A DNA stretch of 47,685 nucleotides from a virus (IMGVR_UViG_2541047696_000007), one strand, 5' to 3'. Counted from the stretch's first letter, positions 24,522 to 36,181 are shown. A program made the numbers and translations. Notes: generated by a model not told the origin, from the letters alone.

Positions 24522-26614
24522 CCTCCGGAAGTCAGCCAGGGGTTAACATCGTCAGTTACTGTTTTCTTCCGTTTTTGTTTTTTAACAGGCGTGGATACCG
24601 GTTCCGGTGTGGGTGACGGTTCGGTACTGTCCGGGACACACTCCAGCCAGGTTTCCCGGCTCGCCCACTCCGGTGCATCCGGCCAGCGGATCTTTTCGTA
24701 TCCATGCAGAATGACCAGAGCCTCGGCATACACCATCAGGTCAAAAGCTTCGTTGGCACCGCGACCCGGCTTACTCCATTTCCCGTCACTGCTCCGCTCT
24801 TCATACGTCAGTTCGTCGTAAAACCAGCTCCCCAGCCAGTCAGGGAAATGCACATAGCCGGGACCTGGCGAGTCACGCCATAACGCGTTATTCACCCGGT
24901 CTTTCAGGGCATCCGTCTGAAGAAGCCAGAGCGGCACATCACCTGCGGCCTGCGCCCGGCGGCCCGTTCGTCCGGTGTTATCAGGGAATGTACGGCTGAT
25001 CAGTTTTGCGCGCCGGATGCTGTCACCCTTAAACAGGTAAATACGTTTACCAAGGCCATCACGACGGCAACGACGCCAGAATTTATAGGCATTATCAGTG
25101 ACCCCGTCTTCACCGCCGGAGTCCACCGCCATTGCCATCAGTCGCATTTGTTGAGAAGGATCGGAGGCCAGCGGCCAGCTTTTATGAAAAACATCCGTCA
25201 GCAGGACATCCCAGTCTTCCGGATAGCTGGCCGGATCAATTCGCTGGCTCTCCCCGTCGCTGTCACCGCGCAATGACTGCGTGATGTTGTAACGATCAAT
25301 AATCCAGCGTTCGCCACGGCTGCCATAGCCCGTTACCTGAACCACAAAACGGCGATGACGTCCCGCCTGCACATCCACTGTCGCCACAAGGAAATTAACG
25401 CCATCCGGCACACTGCGGGAAGGAACTGGCTCTGCCCGCTGCTCAAGCAATTCACTTTTTCGTTGCTCCATGCTGGCGCGGGGAAGATAAGGTAATCCCC
25501 AGTCGGTATTGATAACCGTCTTGAGTGTCTCTTCACTTCCGGTTGTCTCGTATTCCTGTTCTGCAGTAAGCAGTTTGTAAACGAGTTGCGAGAGTGTCTG
25601 ATAAGCAGCTGCCGGACCCTCCATCCAGAATGACGCAATACGTGAACGCCGGGGATCACCATAACGACTGCCATCTGCATTGATGGATTCACCATCCCGT
25701 AACCAGACCCCACGTCCGTTCAGCTCGCGTTTTTGTTCAGGCAAAATCCGTCCTGAACAGGAAGGACACTGAATATAAGCCGCCTCACTTGCCAGCACAG
25801 GATCGGCAATATCACGGAAACCAGCAACCACATCGCCGCAGGGCTGAAAATACTCACCACAGTGTGGACAGGGCCAGTACCAGCGACGGCGATCGCCACG
25901 GTTATAGAGCGACAGGATCCCCGTGGTTGGTGGAGCCTCATGCGGTGAAGTCCGTCGCCATTTCACATCCTTCACATCCCTGCCGGGGGAACTCTCCACC
26001 AGCGTCATACCACTGGACATAAATGTGGTGGTACGTTTTGAGGCAAGAGAGAAGGCATCCCCCTCACCATCAATATCTTCCGGAAAACGGTCATAATCCG
26101 TCAGCGCCACGCATTTATAATCTGATGAAGACATGATATTGACTGACGGCCAGCCGATTTTCAGGTAGTTGCCAGCAAGGAATGTTCTGTCATAAACGTT
26201 GTTGTCATTTTTGTTCGGACTCAGGCGACTGACCACTTCCGGGCTGACGCGAAACGTTCTGGCGAGTCGTTTTTTGGAGTGTTCGCGGGCTTTTTCCTCC
26301 GTCATCTGAATGATCAGCATATCAGCAGGATCGCAAATCACGTTGTAAATCACCCAGCCGTCAATCAGGCCGATAGTCTTGCCGGTTCGTGCCGGGCCAA
26401 CAAATATCACTGCGTCGTATTCACGCGAGGCCAGGCAGTTCATAGGCTCAATAACATACGGTGCCACCAGCGGATCCCACGGGACTGAGTTCCCTGCCCC
26501 CATAGGCACCCGCATATACTGAGCAACGGCATCAGCAACCCGCATTCGTCTCGGTGCGCGAAGGATATAACCTGAATCGGTTCGTGCTGCCTTTGCGGTT
26601 TCCTGATTCAGCAT
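24512..26614 (-). CDS. terminase large subunit (lambda gpA-like)
   Basis: 700-aa ORF with Walker A-like GPARTGKT and a C-terminal nuclease region; translationally coupled to the small subunit. Confidence 0.9.
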   Translation of the reverse strand: MLNQETAKAARTDSGYILRAPRRMRVADAVAQYMRVPMGAGNSVPWDPLVAPYVIEPMNCLASREYDAVIFVGPARTGKTIGLIDGWVIYNVICDPADMLIIQMTEEKAREHSKKRLARTFRVSPEVVSRLSPNKNDNNVYDRTFLAGNYLKIGWPSVNIMSSSDYKCVALTDYDRFPEDIDGEGDAFSLASKRTTTFMSSGMTLVESSPGRDVKDVKWRRTSPHEAPPTTGILSLYNRGDRRRWYWPCPHCGEYFQPCGDVVAGFRDIADPVLASEAAYIQCPSCSGRILPEQKRELNGRGVWLRDGESINADGSRYGDPRRSRIASFWMEGPAAAYQTLSQLVYKLLTAEQEYETTGSEETLKTVINTDWGLPYLPRASMEQRKSELLEQRAEPVPSRSVPDGVNFLVATVDVQAGRHRRFVVQVTGYGSRGERWIIDRYNITQSLRGDSDGESQRIDPASYPEDWDVLLTDVFHKSWPLASDPSQQMRLMAMAVDSGGEDGVTDNAYKFWRRCRRDGLGKRIYLFKGDSIRRAKLISRTFPDNTGRTGRRAQAAGDVPLWLLQTDALKDRVNNALWRDSPGPGYVHFPDWLGSWFYDELTYEERSSDGKWSKPGRGANEAFDLMVYAEALVILHGYEKIRWPDAPEWASRETWLECVPDSTEPSPTPEPVSTPVKKQKRKKTVTDDVNPWLTSGGWL

Positions 26615-27108
26615 TACTCCTCCTGCTGTAATTCCTCCTCATCATCCGCACCTGCTTCAGTCACCCGCAGGGCTATCTGATCGCGCAGATCATCAATAAT
26701 GGACTGAACACGGCTCACAGCGGCAGGCTGCAGACCGCAGTCACGTTCAAGAATATCCGGTAATGTCTCCAGCACCTGCACGACCGCTTTTGCCCAGATG
26801 GCAAACTCCCGTCTGACATCACTGGCCGGAATGAGTTGTGCCGTTTCCTGTTCGAACTTAAGACGCTCACGTTCAGACTGATACCAGGCTTTGCGCTCAT
26901 GCGCGTCCATTTCGCCTTCTGCAACCGGCGGTGGTAATGCCAGAAATGCCGACACAATATCAACCACCCGATAAAGCTTGAGGTTGCTTTCATGCCCCCC
27001 TGCAACGGGTAGATTTTGCAGCCTTGCCGCAGCAGTCTGGCGATGTACACCTGACAATGCCGCCAGTTGACTGATATTCAGCGTCAGATTTTTTAACTCT
27101 CGATCCAT
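26614..27108 (-). CDS. terminase small subunit (Nu1/NohA-like)
   Basis: 164-aa ORF with N-terminal HTH (LNISQLAALSGVHRQTAAARL) directly upstream of the large subunit; candidate cos ~180 bp upstream. Confidence 0.8.
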   Translation of the reverse strand: MDRELKNLTLNISQLAALSGVHRQTAAARLQNLPVAGGHESNLKLYRVVDIVSAFLALPPPVAEGEMDAHERKAWYQSERERLKFEQETAQLIPASDVRREFAIWAKAVVQVLETLPDILERDCGLQPAAVSRVQSIIDDLRDQIALRVTEAGADDEEELQQEE

Positions 27109-27269
27109 ACCCGCTCCAGAATGTTTTAAACATGCATCTTGCGAACAACTTTAGGCAAACGGTGTTAGTGATGAACAAAAAACAATCAGAATCGACACCA
27201 TAAAAATAAATCCACTGTAATATCAATCAATTACAGTAGTGGTGATGACGAATAAAATTTCAAAAACTA

Positions 27270-27350
27270 GCCTTTTTCCGCGACGCTCCCGCCCCGTGGC
27301 AGGGGCCCCCACCGGGAGGACCCGACAGCCTGACAGCCTGACAGCCGTGA
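27270..27350. promoter_or_regulatory. candidate cos site (cosN-like GC-rich segment plus TGACAGCC tandem repeats)
   Basis: Minus-strand reading GGGGCGGGAGCGTCGCGGAAAAAGG...GTTTTTGAAATTTTATTCG resembles the lambda left end GGGCGGCGACCTCGCGGGTTTTCGCTATTTATGAAAATTTTCCGG (recalled from memory); GACAGCCT x3 at 27324-27347; ~180-200 bp upstream of the small terminase start, as in lambda. Confidence 0.45.
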
Positions 27351-27670
27351 CGAGCATCTGATACAGCGCTTTACATAATGGCATAGGAATAATTCAGAAG
27401 GACATCACAGCATGCCCACACAAATTAGTGTGAGTGTCCTGTTTCTTCCTACGCACAGGACTGACGAGCATGAGGGGAAAATATGCGAACCATAAATGCC
27501 TCATCTTCAGCAATGCAGCCGGCATCCGAACAGGACGATATTGTAAATTCACCTAATTACGAGGACATTGCAGTAGTTGAATTGCAGCTCTGTATTAGCC
27601 TGACAGTGACAGAATGCGATATTGACTCTGTCACAGGTGAAATAGTTTGAATGATTAGCAGTTATGGTGC

Positions 27671-27877
27671 TCAGTCAACCACCAGGGAATAATCCTTCGA
27701 ATTCTTATCGTGCTTCACCAACGCTGCCTCAATTGCCCTGAATGCTTCCAGAGACACCTGATGTTCTATACATGCAATTACAACATCCGGGTAACTCATA
27801 GAAATGGTGCTATTAAGCATATTTTTTACACGAATCAGATCCAACGAGAGTTCATCAGCAGATTGTTCTTTATTCAT
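27671..27877 (-). CDS. hypothetical small protein
   Basis: 68-aa ORF with GGAG Shine-Dalgarno 6 nt upstream of the ATG; no recognisable family. Confidence 0.3.
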   Translation of the reverse strand: MNKEQSADELSLDLIRVKNMLNSTISMSYPDVVIACIEHQVSLEAFRAIEAALVKHDKNSKDYSLVVD

Positions 27878-28177
27878 TTTGTCGCTCCATGCGTTTGCTC
27901 GTCATCTAGCGGTTAAAATATTACTTCAAATCTTACTGCATAAAAGAGGAAAAGTATGAAAGTTTGAGTACATCGACCTTACATACATCTGTCGGTTGCA
28001 TATCCCTCCTGGATGCCAGCAAGGCTCAATTTTGTTACGCAATCAACACTATTCATTAAAAACAGGCTTAATATTTGACATAAATCATCAACAAAACACA
28101 AAGAGGTCAGACCAGATTAAAACAATAAACACGATAATGCAAACTACGCGCCATCGTATCACATGGAAGGTTTACCA

Positions 28178-28588
28178 ATGGCTCAGGCTGCCATTTTTAA
28201 AGAAATATTCGATCAAGTGCGTAAAGATTTAAACTGTGAATTATTTTATTCTGAGCTAAAACGTCACAATATCTCACTTTATATTTACTATTTAGCCACA
28301 GATAATATTCACATTGTGTTAGAAAACGACAACATAGTGTTAGTAAAAGGACTCAAAAAGGTTGTAAATGTTAAATTCTCCAGAAACAAACATCTTATAG
28401 AGACCTCCTATAATAAGTTGAAATCAAAAGAAATCACATTTCAACAATACAGGGAAAATCTTGCTAAAGCAGGAGTTTTCCGATGGGTTACAAATATCCA
28501 GGAACACCAAAGATATTACTATGCCTTTGATAACTCATTACTATTTACTGAAAGCATCCAGAAAACTACACAGATCTTACCACGCTAA
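28178..28588 (+). CDS. ydfO: YdfO-like protein
   Basis: Product [30 protein letters not shown]... recognised from memory as YdfO of the Qin prophage. Confidence 0.55.
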   Translation: MAQAAIFKEIFDQVRKDLNCELFYSELKRHNISLYIYYLATDNIHIVLENDNIVLVKGLKKVVNVKFSRNKHLIETSYNKLKSKEITFQQYRENLAKAGVFRWVTNIQEHQRYYYAFDNSLLFTESIQKTTQILPR

Positions 28589-28739
28589 ACCATAACGTCC
28601 GGCTTCTCTCACTCCTGAGCCGGACTGCATTGGTTTAATAAAAACCATCAACAATTGTGATTTAGATATTCGGAACCATTCAAATATAACAAAACCCCGT
28701 AAAAACGAGGTTTATGGATAAATTTTATTATTGAATACA

Positions 28740-28913
28740 TCAGATTAAATTAATCTTGACATCATAGCTTTCAAGACCCGTCATTTTTTCCCGTGCGGTA
28801 AACTGAATACTGGTAACTTCTTTCCCGGTCTTTTTCTTAAGTTCAATAATTTTTTTTGTTATATATTCAGAAATATCTGCTTCTGCTTTTGTTTTTAAGT
28901 TTTCAATATTCAT
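28740..28913 (-). CDS. gnsB: GnsB-like protein (Gns family)
   Basis: Hand translation (below the 60-aa track cutoff): MNIENLKTKAEADISEYITKKIIELKKKTGKEVTSIQFTAREKMTGLESYDVKINLI, 57 aa, recalled as close to K-12 GnsB. Confidence 0.7.
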   Translation of the reverse strand: MNIENLKTKAEADISEYITKKIIELKKKTGKEVTSIQFTAREKMTGLESYDVKINLI

Positions 28914-29084
28914 CATTTCCTCTTTTAGTCTGTTATGACTTTCCAGTTACACAGTAAGTCGATTATATGGTGCAAACGTGTAAAAGATAAGATGAAACAT
29001 CGCAATAATCAACATACGATAGTCTAAATTTTACACAAACAGACAAAGAGAATTTTCCTGAATTATCAATACAATAGCATCAAA

Positions 29085-29357
29085 TCAACTCAAGAGCCTT
29101 ATTGCTGCTTCCAGAATTTCTTCTGAAGTAACATGTCGATCCGCGGCTACATAAATGACTTTATGATCTCCGGTCAGAGATGGAAACCCTGCGGCCATTA
29201 CAGTAAGGTGTGTTTTTTCGCCATTTGGATATTCACGCATGATGGTGTTAACTCCAGTCATCGCTGGCACTACCACTGCTGGTTCAGAGTTAAAAAAAAC
29301 TATGATTTTTTTCATGATGTTACCGTAGTATGTGAGTATCCATCGAATAGATACCAA
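29085..29357 (-). CDS. hypothetical protein
   Basis: 90-aa ORF between gnsB and cspI; start uncertain (internal MKKIIVFF); no family recognised. Confidence 0.3.
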   Translation of the reverse strand: MVSIRWILTYYGNIMKKIIVFFNSEPAVVVPAMTGVNTIMREYPNGEKTHLTVMAAGFPSLTGDHKVIYVAADRHVTSEEILEAAIRLLS

Positions 29358-29395
29358 GCAAAAAAGCTCCCGAAGGAGCCTTCATTTTCACTTTT
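29358..29395. terminator. bidirectional rho-independent terminator-like hairpin
   Basis: GCTCC-CGAA-GGAGC stem-loop (29366-29379) flanked by an A-run on one side and a T-rich run on the other. Confidence 0.4.
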
Positions 29396-29586
29396 TTAAA
29401 TCCAACGACAGACGGCTGGCATTTAAGTATTGTGAAATATTATCAAATGTAATCATCATTGATTTACAAAAGATACATTTTGCCCCGAAAGGATTCATGT
29501 CAGAAACATCAAAAGATGATGTTCTATACTGGGAACCATGACAACACGGGCATCTAAAGTGAATATGGTTTGTAATATTGTCTACC

Positions 29587-29799
29587 TCAAAGCGCCACTA
29601 CATGAACAGCGGCAGGACCTTTAGGTCCGTTCTCAATACCAAATTCAACTTCCTGATTCTCAGTTAATGTTTTGAAATCGTTGCTCTGAATTGCTGAGAA
29701 ATGGACAAACACATCTTTGCTGCCATCTTTCGGCGTGATGAAACCAAAACCTTTTTCAGGGTTAAACCATTTCACTAAACCAGTCATTTTGTTAGACAT
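29587..29799 (-). CDS. cspI: cold shock protein CspI
   Basis: 70-aa CspA-family protein [38 protein letters not shown]... with RNP1/RNP2 motifs; matches recalled CspI. Confidence 0.9.
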   Translation of the reverse strand: MSNKMTGLVKWFNPEKGFGFITPKDGSKDVFVHFSAIQSNDFKTLTENQEVEFGIENGPKGPAAVHVVAL

Positions 29800-30162
29800 A
29801 ATTATTACCTTTTGAAGAAATTAGCCCTTGGGCAGAATGGTCCGAAAAAAAATATCAGAGAGAAAAACCAACAAGGAAATCTCAAGAGGTACAAATAATA
29901 AAATTATAACAATGACTGCTTCAGATAAATTTGTAACAAACCAGAACACCATTAACGCATGATTAACCACCCATAGCAAGGATTACTTTTGTAAAGAAAA
30001 ACACAGCAATGAAAGAATAGCTTTATTTATTAATAATAACGTGTCATTCTGATTAAGACCTTTTATCTTACCCTTAAGATTTCAGGAATTTTGGCTCATG
30101 GAAGAGTCCTTTTTATTTAAATTTTACATTCCGCGATGTAAATGTTCCGATTTAATATTACC

Positions 30163-31186
<1,024 letters not shown>

Positions 31187-31190
<4 letters not shown>

Positions 31191-31474
31191 ATATATTTAT
31201 GATGAGGACGCTCGTGCTTATTGGCAGGATTTTCAATCTTAAAGGAGTACTGATGCTGCAGATAAGACTCAACTTTTTCTGACAATTTTTCTGCTACTTC
31301 CAGGAAGACTTGCCGGACGCTCCTTCTGGCTGCTGCCTCATAAAACTCCAGCGCAGCTCCTTCAACACGGTCCATGGCGACATCCAGGTCAAAAATTTCA
31401 CCGTCAAAGCGTTCTTTGTCCTGTAAGGCTACAGTTACCGTAACTTTATTCTCAAAATTACGGACTCCTTTCAC
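31187..31474 (-). CDS. hypothetical phage protein (YdfR-like)
   Basis: 95-aa ORF between holin and endolysin; assignment by position in the Qin lysis cassette. Confidence 0.45.
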
Positions 31475-31502
31475 AACCAGTTCATAGTCTTGAGTCGTTG
31501 GA

Positions 31503-31718
31503 TTACTCTCCTCTCGCAGCCTTACGCCTGTCTTCTTTAATCTTGAAATAAAGATTTGTCAGATACGTCAGCAGGCCAAAAACCAGGCTACCCAGCACAC
31601 CGATTGCAGCCCACTGTGACGGAGTTACTTTATCGAGTAACTGCAATGCCCAGAAACCAGCATTACCCGCCGATGTGCCATAGGCAACACCTGTTGTTAA
31701 CTTATCCATTGATTTCAT
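31503..31718 (-). CDS. holin (class II pinholin, S21-like)
   Basis: 71-aa product [28 protein letters not shown]...[35 protein letters not shown], recognised as phage 21 S-like with two TM helices and charged C-terminus. Confidence 0.85.
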   Translation of the reverse strand: MKSMDKLTTGVAYGTSAGNAGFWALQLLDKVTPSQWAAIGVLGSLVFGLLTYLTNLYFKIKEDRRKAARGE

Positions 31719-31937
31719 ATCCTCACCCCGATGTACACGGATGGTGCAATATGTTTGAAAAGATCGGAGTCTACGGGGTAGTTTTGACAGCACACGTTGT
31801 TCTCAACGGCGCTAAAAAAACATACACATTAAAAATGTGGGTAATTATTTTGAAAGAAAGTCATATATAAAATAATAATACGAGAAATGTTTTCATATTT
31901 AGTGTACTGTATACGGCCATTTATACAGGAAAAGCCT

Positions 31938-32108
31938 ATGTCAGAACGTAAAAACTCAAAATCACGCCGTAATTATCTCGTTAAATGTTCCTGCCCAAAC
32001 TGCACCCAAGAGTCAGAACACAGTTTTTCAAGAGTACAAAAAGGTGCCCTTTTGATCTGCCCTCATTGCAACAAAGTATTCCAGACAAATCTTAAAGCTG
32101 TAGCCTGA
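31938..32108 (+). CDS. small zinc-ribbon protein (CxxC...CxxC)
   Basis: 56-aa product MSERKNSKSRRNYLVKCSCPNCTQESEHSFSRVQKGALLICPHCNKVF... with AGGAAAAG Shine-Dalgarno; followed by a hairpin terminator. Confidence 0.4.
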   Translation: MSERKNSKSRRNYLVKCSCPNCTQESEHSFSRVQKGALLICPHCNKVFQTNLKAVA

Positions 32109-32167
32109 TTGATTTTATTAGTAACAAGTATTTTTTATATTTTAATAATATATTTAAAGCAGATAAT

Positions 32168-32193
32168 AAAAAACCCGCCTGAGCGGGTTTGAG
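32168..32193. terminator. bidirectional rho-independent terminator-like hairpin
   Basis: CCCGC-CTGA-GCGGG stem-loop (32174-32187) with an A-run upstream and TTT downstream; the minus-strand reading gives a long T-run. Confidence 0.45.
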
Positions 32194-32471
32194 ATTGTGG
32201 TGCTTTTTGTGGGAGTCATCCACTTACGCACTTTGTTTTGCCATGCCAGCAGTTAGCTTCTGCTGTAAAACTATTCATGCAGCAAACCTGCACTTCACCA
32301 CAATGGTTAGCATACTTTTCCTGATTAAGATTTTGCCAAATATGCTAGCCATTGTTTCATGTATTGGACCTCCTTACTTTTTATTAAAGAGATCCAATAT
32401 TCACTACTCTGTCCGTATCTCTACTCAGGCATCAGCCTTCTTCGTTATCGTATACAGACGAGCGATGAATT

Positions 32472-32687
32472 TTAATCAGTAATGATGACATTTGCTGCTG
32501 CAGGACCTTTAGCACCACTCTCTATAGAGAAGGTAACCTTTTGACCTTCAAATAAGGTTCGATAATTATCATTCTGAATCGCAGAAAAATGCACAAACAC
32601 ATCTTTACTACCATCAACAGGAGAAATAAAGCCGAAACCTTTATCAGCGTTAAACCATTTTACTAAACCAGTCATTTTATTTGACAT
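32472..32687 (-). CDS. cspB: cold shock protein CspB
   Basis: 71-aa CspA-family protein [38 protein letters not shown]...; matches recalled CspB. Confidence 0.9.
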   Translation of the reverse strand: MSNKMTGLVKWFNADKGFGFISPVDGSKDVFVHFSAIQNDNYRTLFEGQKVTFSIESGAKGPAAANVIITD

Positions 32688-32987
32688 TCTACATTCCTTA
32701 ACTTGAGCCTTTCGGCATAAATGGTTTGCATAACAGAAACGACTTCGTACTTAATTGGAGAGACTCAAAGAAGGAATAAGTGAATAACACCTGAAATGAG
32801 AACTGCTTTAGTAAACTACTTCGTATATCGTCTGTTCTTCAAACCGACGCAATCATTAACGCATAGTTGAACATATGAAGCAATGTTTATTTTAGACATC
32901 CAGCCATCTTCAACCCCATCAAAAAACTATAGCTTTCTTCAGGAACGTGTGTATAGTGCGCCAAGTTATCAGTATTAAGGAATTTTT

Positions 32988-33200
32988 TTGTCCCGTAAAA
33001 TGACAGGAATTGTCAAAACCTTTGACGGCAAAAGCGGCAAGGGTCTTATCACCCCATCCGATGGTCGTATCGATGTCCAGCTTCATGTTTCAGCGCTCAA
33101 TCTCCGCGATGCAGAAGAAATTACCACCGGATTACGCGTGGAATTTTGCCGGATAAATGGTCTGCGTGGCCCTTCAGCTGCCAATGTTTACCTTTCATGA
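32988..33200 (+). CDS. cspF: cold shock protein CspF
   Basis: 70-aa divergent Csp-family protein [37 protein letters not shown]...; divergently oriented to cspB as in Qin. Confidence 0.85.
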
Positions 33201-33496
33201 GCTATATTAAAGCTTTAATTTCAGGCCCCATCGGATCACACATGGAGAGTTTTTATGAATAACCCCGTCTGTCTTGATGACTGGTTGATTGGCTTTAAAA
33301 GCTTATGCTGTACTTTGGCCGTAATAGCTCTGCTAATAATATAATAAGCAGACTCATTGTGTTTAGGGACATTGTACTGGAAGAAAATATTTTAAACATC
33401 AGGCAAATAACCAAGTCACCAGCTAAATAATAAGTTAACAGACATGAGTCCCGGGATGAGATTCAACATTACCATTGCCCCATTTAAAGCACAAAA

Positions 33497-33528
33497 CCCG
33501 CTCATCAGCGGGTTTTCTACTTTTTCTT
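33497..33528 (+). terminator. rho-independent terminator
   Basis: CCCGCT-CATC-AGCGGG stem-loop followed by TTTTCTACTTTTTCTT. Confidence 0.5.
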
Positions 33529-33621
33529 AACGTCGGGTATACAAAGCCCATCGTTGAAAAAATTTTATCCATATTTTTTGAAAAATGCAAACATCATGTC
33601 GCCATCTTCAGCAAAAATCAT

Positions 33622-34374
33622 TTATCTCGTCACCTTCCTCAATTGCGCTTCCGCGTATGCTTCTTCCTGCCAGCACTTTGTTACCAGTTTATCAATGACG
33701 TCCGCATACCCCTTATACCACTGATAATCGGTCAGGTCTGGTACCAGCTTCTGGACATGACGTCGTGCCAGCGTGGTCGGTAAACGACTAAATCGGTTTC
33801 CATTACAACGCCCACAAATCTTATATACCGGTACGCCATGAAACCGGGTTCTTTTTTCATCCAGAACAATCCCTTTACCCTTACACCCTCTGCACGCTGT
33901 GCTGACTTCGCCCTTACCATGGCAATGCTGACATAGTTCCTTCACCCATTCTTCCTTGATTACAGATTCCCCGCGTCTGTAGTGTTTCACCACTTCGCGC
34001 AATACATTATAAAATCCCGTACCTGAACAATGCTCACAGCGAGCCTTACTTGCCGCAGACCTGGAGTAATCAGCAAAGGCAAAATTCACAAGGTAAGGAA
34101 TAATCTGTAACCGGATTTCTTCACTCAATTTGTTCAATGTCGGGTTATCCAGTGCCATCGCGTAATTTAGCAGGCCTTCAATCGCAAACTGAGGGTCCTG
34201 AACACCAACTTTTGCCAGAAATAAGGCCAACCCAAGTGGTGCTTTCGACTGCACCATCCCCTGCGCTGCCATTACATCCGTAATTGTTAAACAACCGGTG
34301 CCTGTCGCTGGAGCGTCATCGCTCAATTTTGGAGATTTTGGGGAGTAATATTTTGGTAAGGCTTCAAGGTTCAT
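33622..34374 (-). CDS. quuQ: late gene antiterminator Q-like
   Basis: 250-aa ORF upstream of the lysis cassette with Cys-rich zinc-binding clusters (CEHCSGTG, CQHCHGKG, CRGCKGKG, CGRCNG); position typical of Q. Confidence 0.75.
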   Translation of the reverse strand: MNLEALPKYYSPKSPKLSDDAPATGTGCLTITDVMAAQGMVQSKAPLGLALFLAKVGVQDPQFAIEGLLNYAMALDNPTLNKLSEEIRLQIIPYLVNFAFADYSRSAASKARCEHCSGTGFYNVLREVVKHYRRGESVIKEEWVKELCQHCHGKGEVSTACRGCKGKGIVLDEKRTRFHGVPVYKICGRCNGNRFSRLPTTLARRHVQKLVPDLTDYQWYKGYADVIDKLVTKCWQEEAYAEAQLRKVTR

Positions 34375-34387
34375 GCTCGTTCTCCAC

Positions 34388-35476
34388 TTACGCCAGTACG
34401 CCAGTTGCCAGCGCGCGATCGATAAAACGAAATATCAGCTCCAGTTGGGAGCCATACTTCTCTTCAAATGCCACTGTATCCGTATGCAGCTCGTTGTGAT
34501 GCTTTCTGCACAAAGGCAACACAAAGAGATCATGTGCTTTTGTTCCCATTCCGCCCTGCCCGTGACCAATCAGATGATGCGGATCGTCGGCTGGCATACC
34601 GCAGCAAGCACACGGCTGTGTCTTAACCCAACGAGTGTATTTCTCCTTAACCCAGCGGCGACGTTTAGGCAGCTTCATGAAAGATTCCGGAGACTCTGGA
34701 TCAACGGTGATGCTTACCACCGTCTTTTCCTGTGGTGGTTTTTGTTGCTGGTGGGCGTAAGGCAACGGTGCAAGATTTTCTGTGCGTTGTTTCAATATGC
34801 TGGTGGCGGTCTGCTCTCCCTGTACGATGTCGCTTTCGCGGTACACCGAGCAGATTTTTTCCGCTGGTAATCCCAGCGAACGACGCGATACAGCCTCAGG
34901 TAGTGCATCCACCACCTGATTGCAGACCGCCCACCAGGATAATTCAGCCAAAGATAATTCCCGCTCCTGCGTACCGCTTATTGCGTGACGGATGACGTCA
35001 ATCACCCATGCTGTCAGATTTTGTTGAGCAAGCAGCTCCAGTGATTCCGATGTCTGGTCACGCAGTTGGTTGTCGCAGTGCCAGCACAACACCATTGCGC
35101 CGGTACCATAACGGTGAATGACTGTTTCAGTGTGATGGTAATCGCCATTAGGCCACTGGCAGGATGTAACATGACGTAATAGCCAGTCAGACAATGCGCC
35201 AACGCCGCCAGTAGCACGAATCACCCGTTCGTTACTAAAAAACGGCAGCAATGTTTTGTCTTCTGCCAGCGGCTGGCGAACGGCAGGAACGACTCCGGAT
35301 GGCAGATTTCGCATGCTTTTTGGTTCCGGTTCCACCAGCACTCGAGGATTATGAAATATCTGTATGGATTCACGGCCCGGCTTAAGGACCACCAGCCCAA
35401 GCTCAGGCACCAGAACAGGTCTAAGTAATACCCGCACGTTACCTCCAGATCCGTTGCTGGAAAGTGCGGGACGCAC
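34388..35476 (-). CDS. ydfU: YdfU-like protein with C-terminal HNH-like motif
   Basis: 362-aa ORF with C-terminal CACCGMP..HHLIGHG...LCRKHHNELH pattern; start uncertain (ATG at about 35314 possible). Confidence 0.55.
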   Translation of the reverse strand: MRPALSSNGSGGNVRVLLRPVLVPELGLVVLKPGRESIQIFHNPRVLVEPEPKSMRNLPSGVVPAVRQPLAEDKTLLPFFSNERVIRATGGVGALSDWLLRHVTSCQWPNGDYHHTETVIHRYGTGAMVLCWHCDNQLRDQTSESLELLAQQNLTAWVIDVIRHAISGTQERELSLAELSWWAVCNQVVDALPEAVSRRSLGLPAEKICSVYRESDIVQGEQTATSILKQRTENLAPLPYAHQQQKPPQEKTVVSITVDPESPESFMKLPKRRRWVKEKYTRWVKTQPCACCGMPADDPHHLIGHGQGGMGTKAHDLFVLPLCRKHHNELHTDTVAFEEKYGSQLELIFRFIDRALATGVLA

Positions 35477-35717
35477 GTGGTGGGCGTTCGGAATAAGGCA
35501 GCCTGACAGAGATTATCCAGTGCCGATAGTCGAGACTGAGAGCTTTCTTAACCTCGAACCCGCGCCTGCGGTAAGAATGAATCAGCCATTCGGCCTGTTC
35601 TGCAGTGCATGGAGGGTGCTGGAACCATTCAGACTTGAATGCGTGAGAATACCGCCCGTGCGTGCAGGCAAGAACGGGCGAATTATCAGAATTGTAATAT
35701 TTTACGTTGCGTGCCAT
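35439..35717 (-). CDS. hypothetical protein
   Basis: 92-aa ORF upstream of ydfU; no family recognised. Confidence 0.3.
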   Translation of the reverse strand: MARNVKYYNSDNSPVLACTHGRYSHAFKSEWFQHPPCTAEQAEWLIHSYRRRGFEVKKALSLDYRHWIISVRLPYSERPPRASRTFQQRIWR

Positions 35718-35783
35718 CGGTTTTCTCCGGTGGCACGGTGTTACTCAGCGGGAGTTCAGCCCCGCGCAAGATTGTAGATGAGT

Positions 35784-36035
35784 TTATTCTTCTGCAAAAG
35801 CAGAAAAGCCAGCTTTTATTCCGATCTCTTTCAATGCCTGTAATGAAGTGACAAACTCACCTTCGCGCAAGATAAATCCGTCCGTGACCCGAGCATCCAC
35901 AAAATTAATTAACGCAGCCCCATTCTTTCGCAAACACATAATGCGGTAATGACTAACAAGATTTCCATTTTCAACGCACACAGCATAGAGGCCATCTTCA
36001 CAAAAAATTTTACGCAGTTCTTCGATGTTCATCAT
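35784..36035 (-). CDS. hypothetical protein (Rem-like by position next to hok)
   Basis: 83-aa ORF immediately downstream of hok, same size and position as rem in K-12 Qin; sequence identity not verified. Confidence 0.4.
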   Translation of the reverse strand: MMNIEELRKIFCEDGLYAVCVENGNLVSHYRIMCLRKNGAALINFVDARVTDGFILREGEFVTSLQALKEIGIKAGFSAFAEE

Positions 36036-36149
36036 CAGAATCCTTCCGGATAATTAGCTCTCCCCTTTAAGGGACCATCCCTCTTATCCCTGCGCGCTAC
36101 TTAAGTATTTTTGATTCTATTCCGGCACCGTCCAGATCTTCAAACGCGT

Positions 36150-36181
36150 TGAAAATAAAAACAAAAACCCGCCGAAGCGGG
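36150..36181 (-). terminator. rho-independent terminator downstream of hok
   Basis: Minus-strand CCCGC-TTCG-GCGGG hairpin followed by TTTTTGTTTTTATTTTC. Confidence 0.55.

Noticed and set aside
33475-33783. 102-aa plus-strand ORF overlapping the Q gene start.
   Set aside because: Overlaps the terminator hairpin and the Q coding region on the opposite strand; no support.
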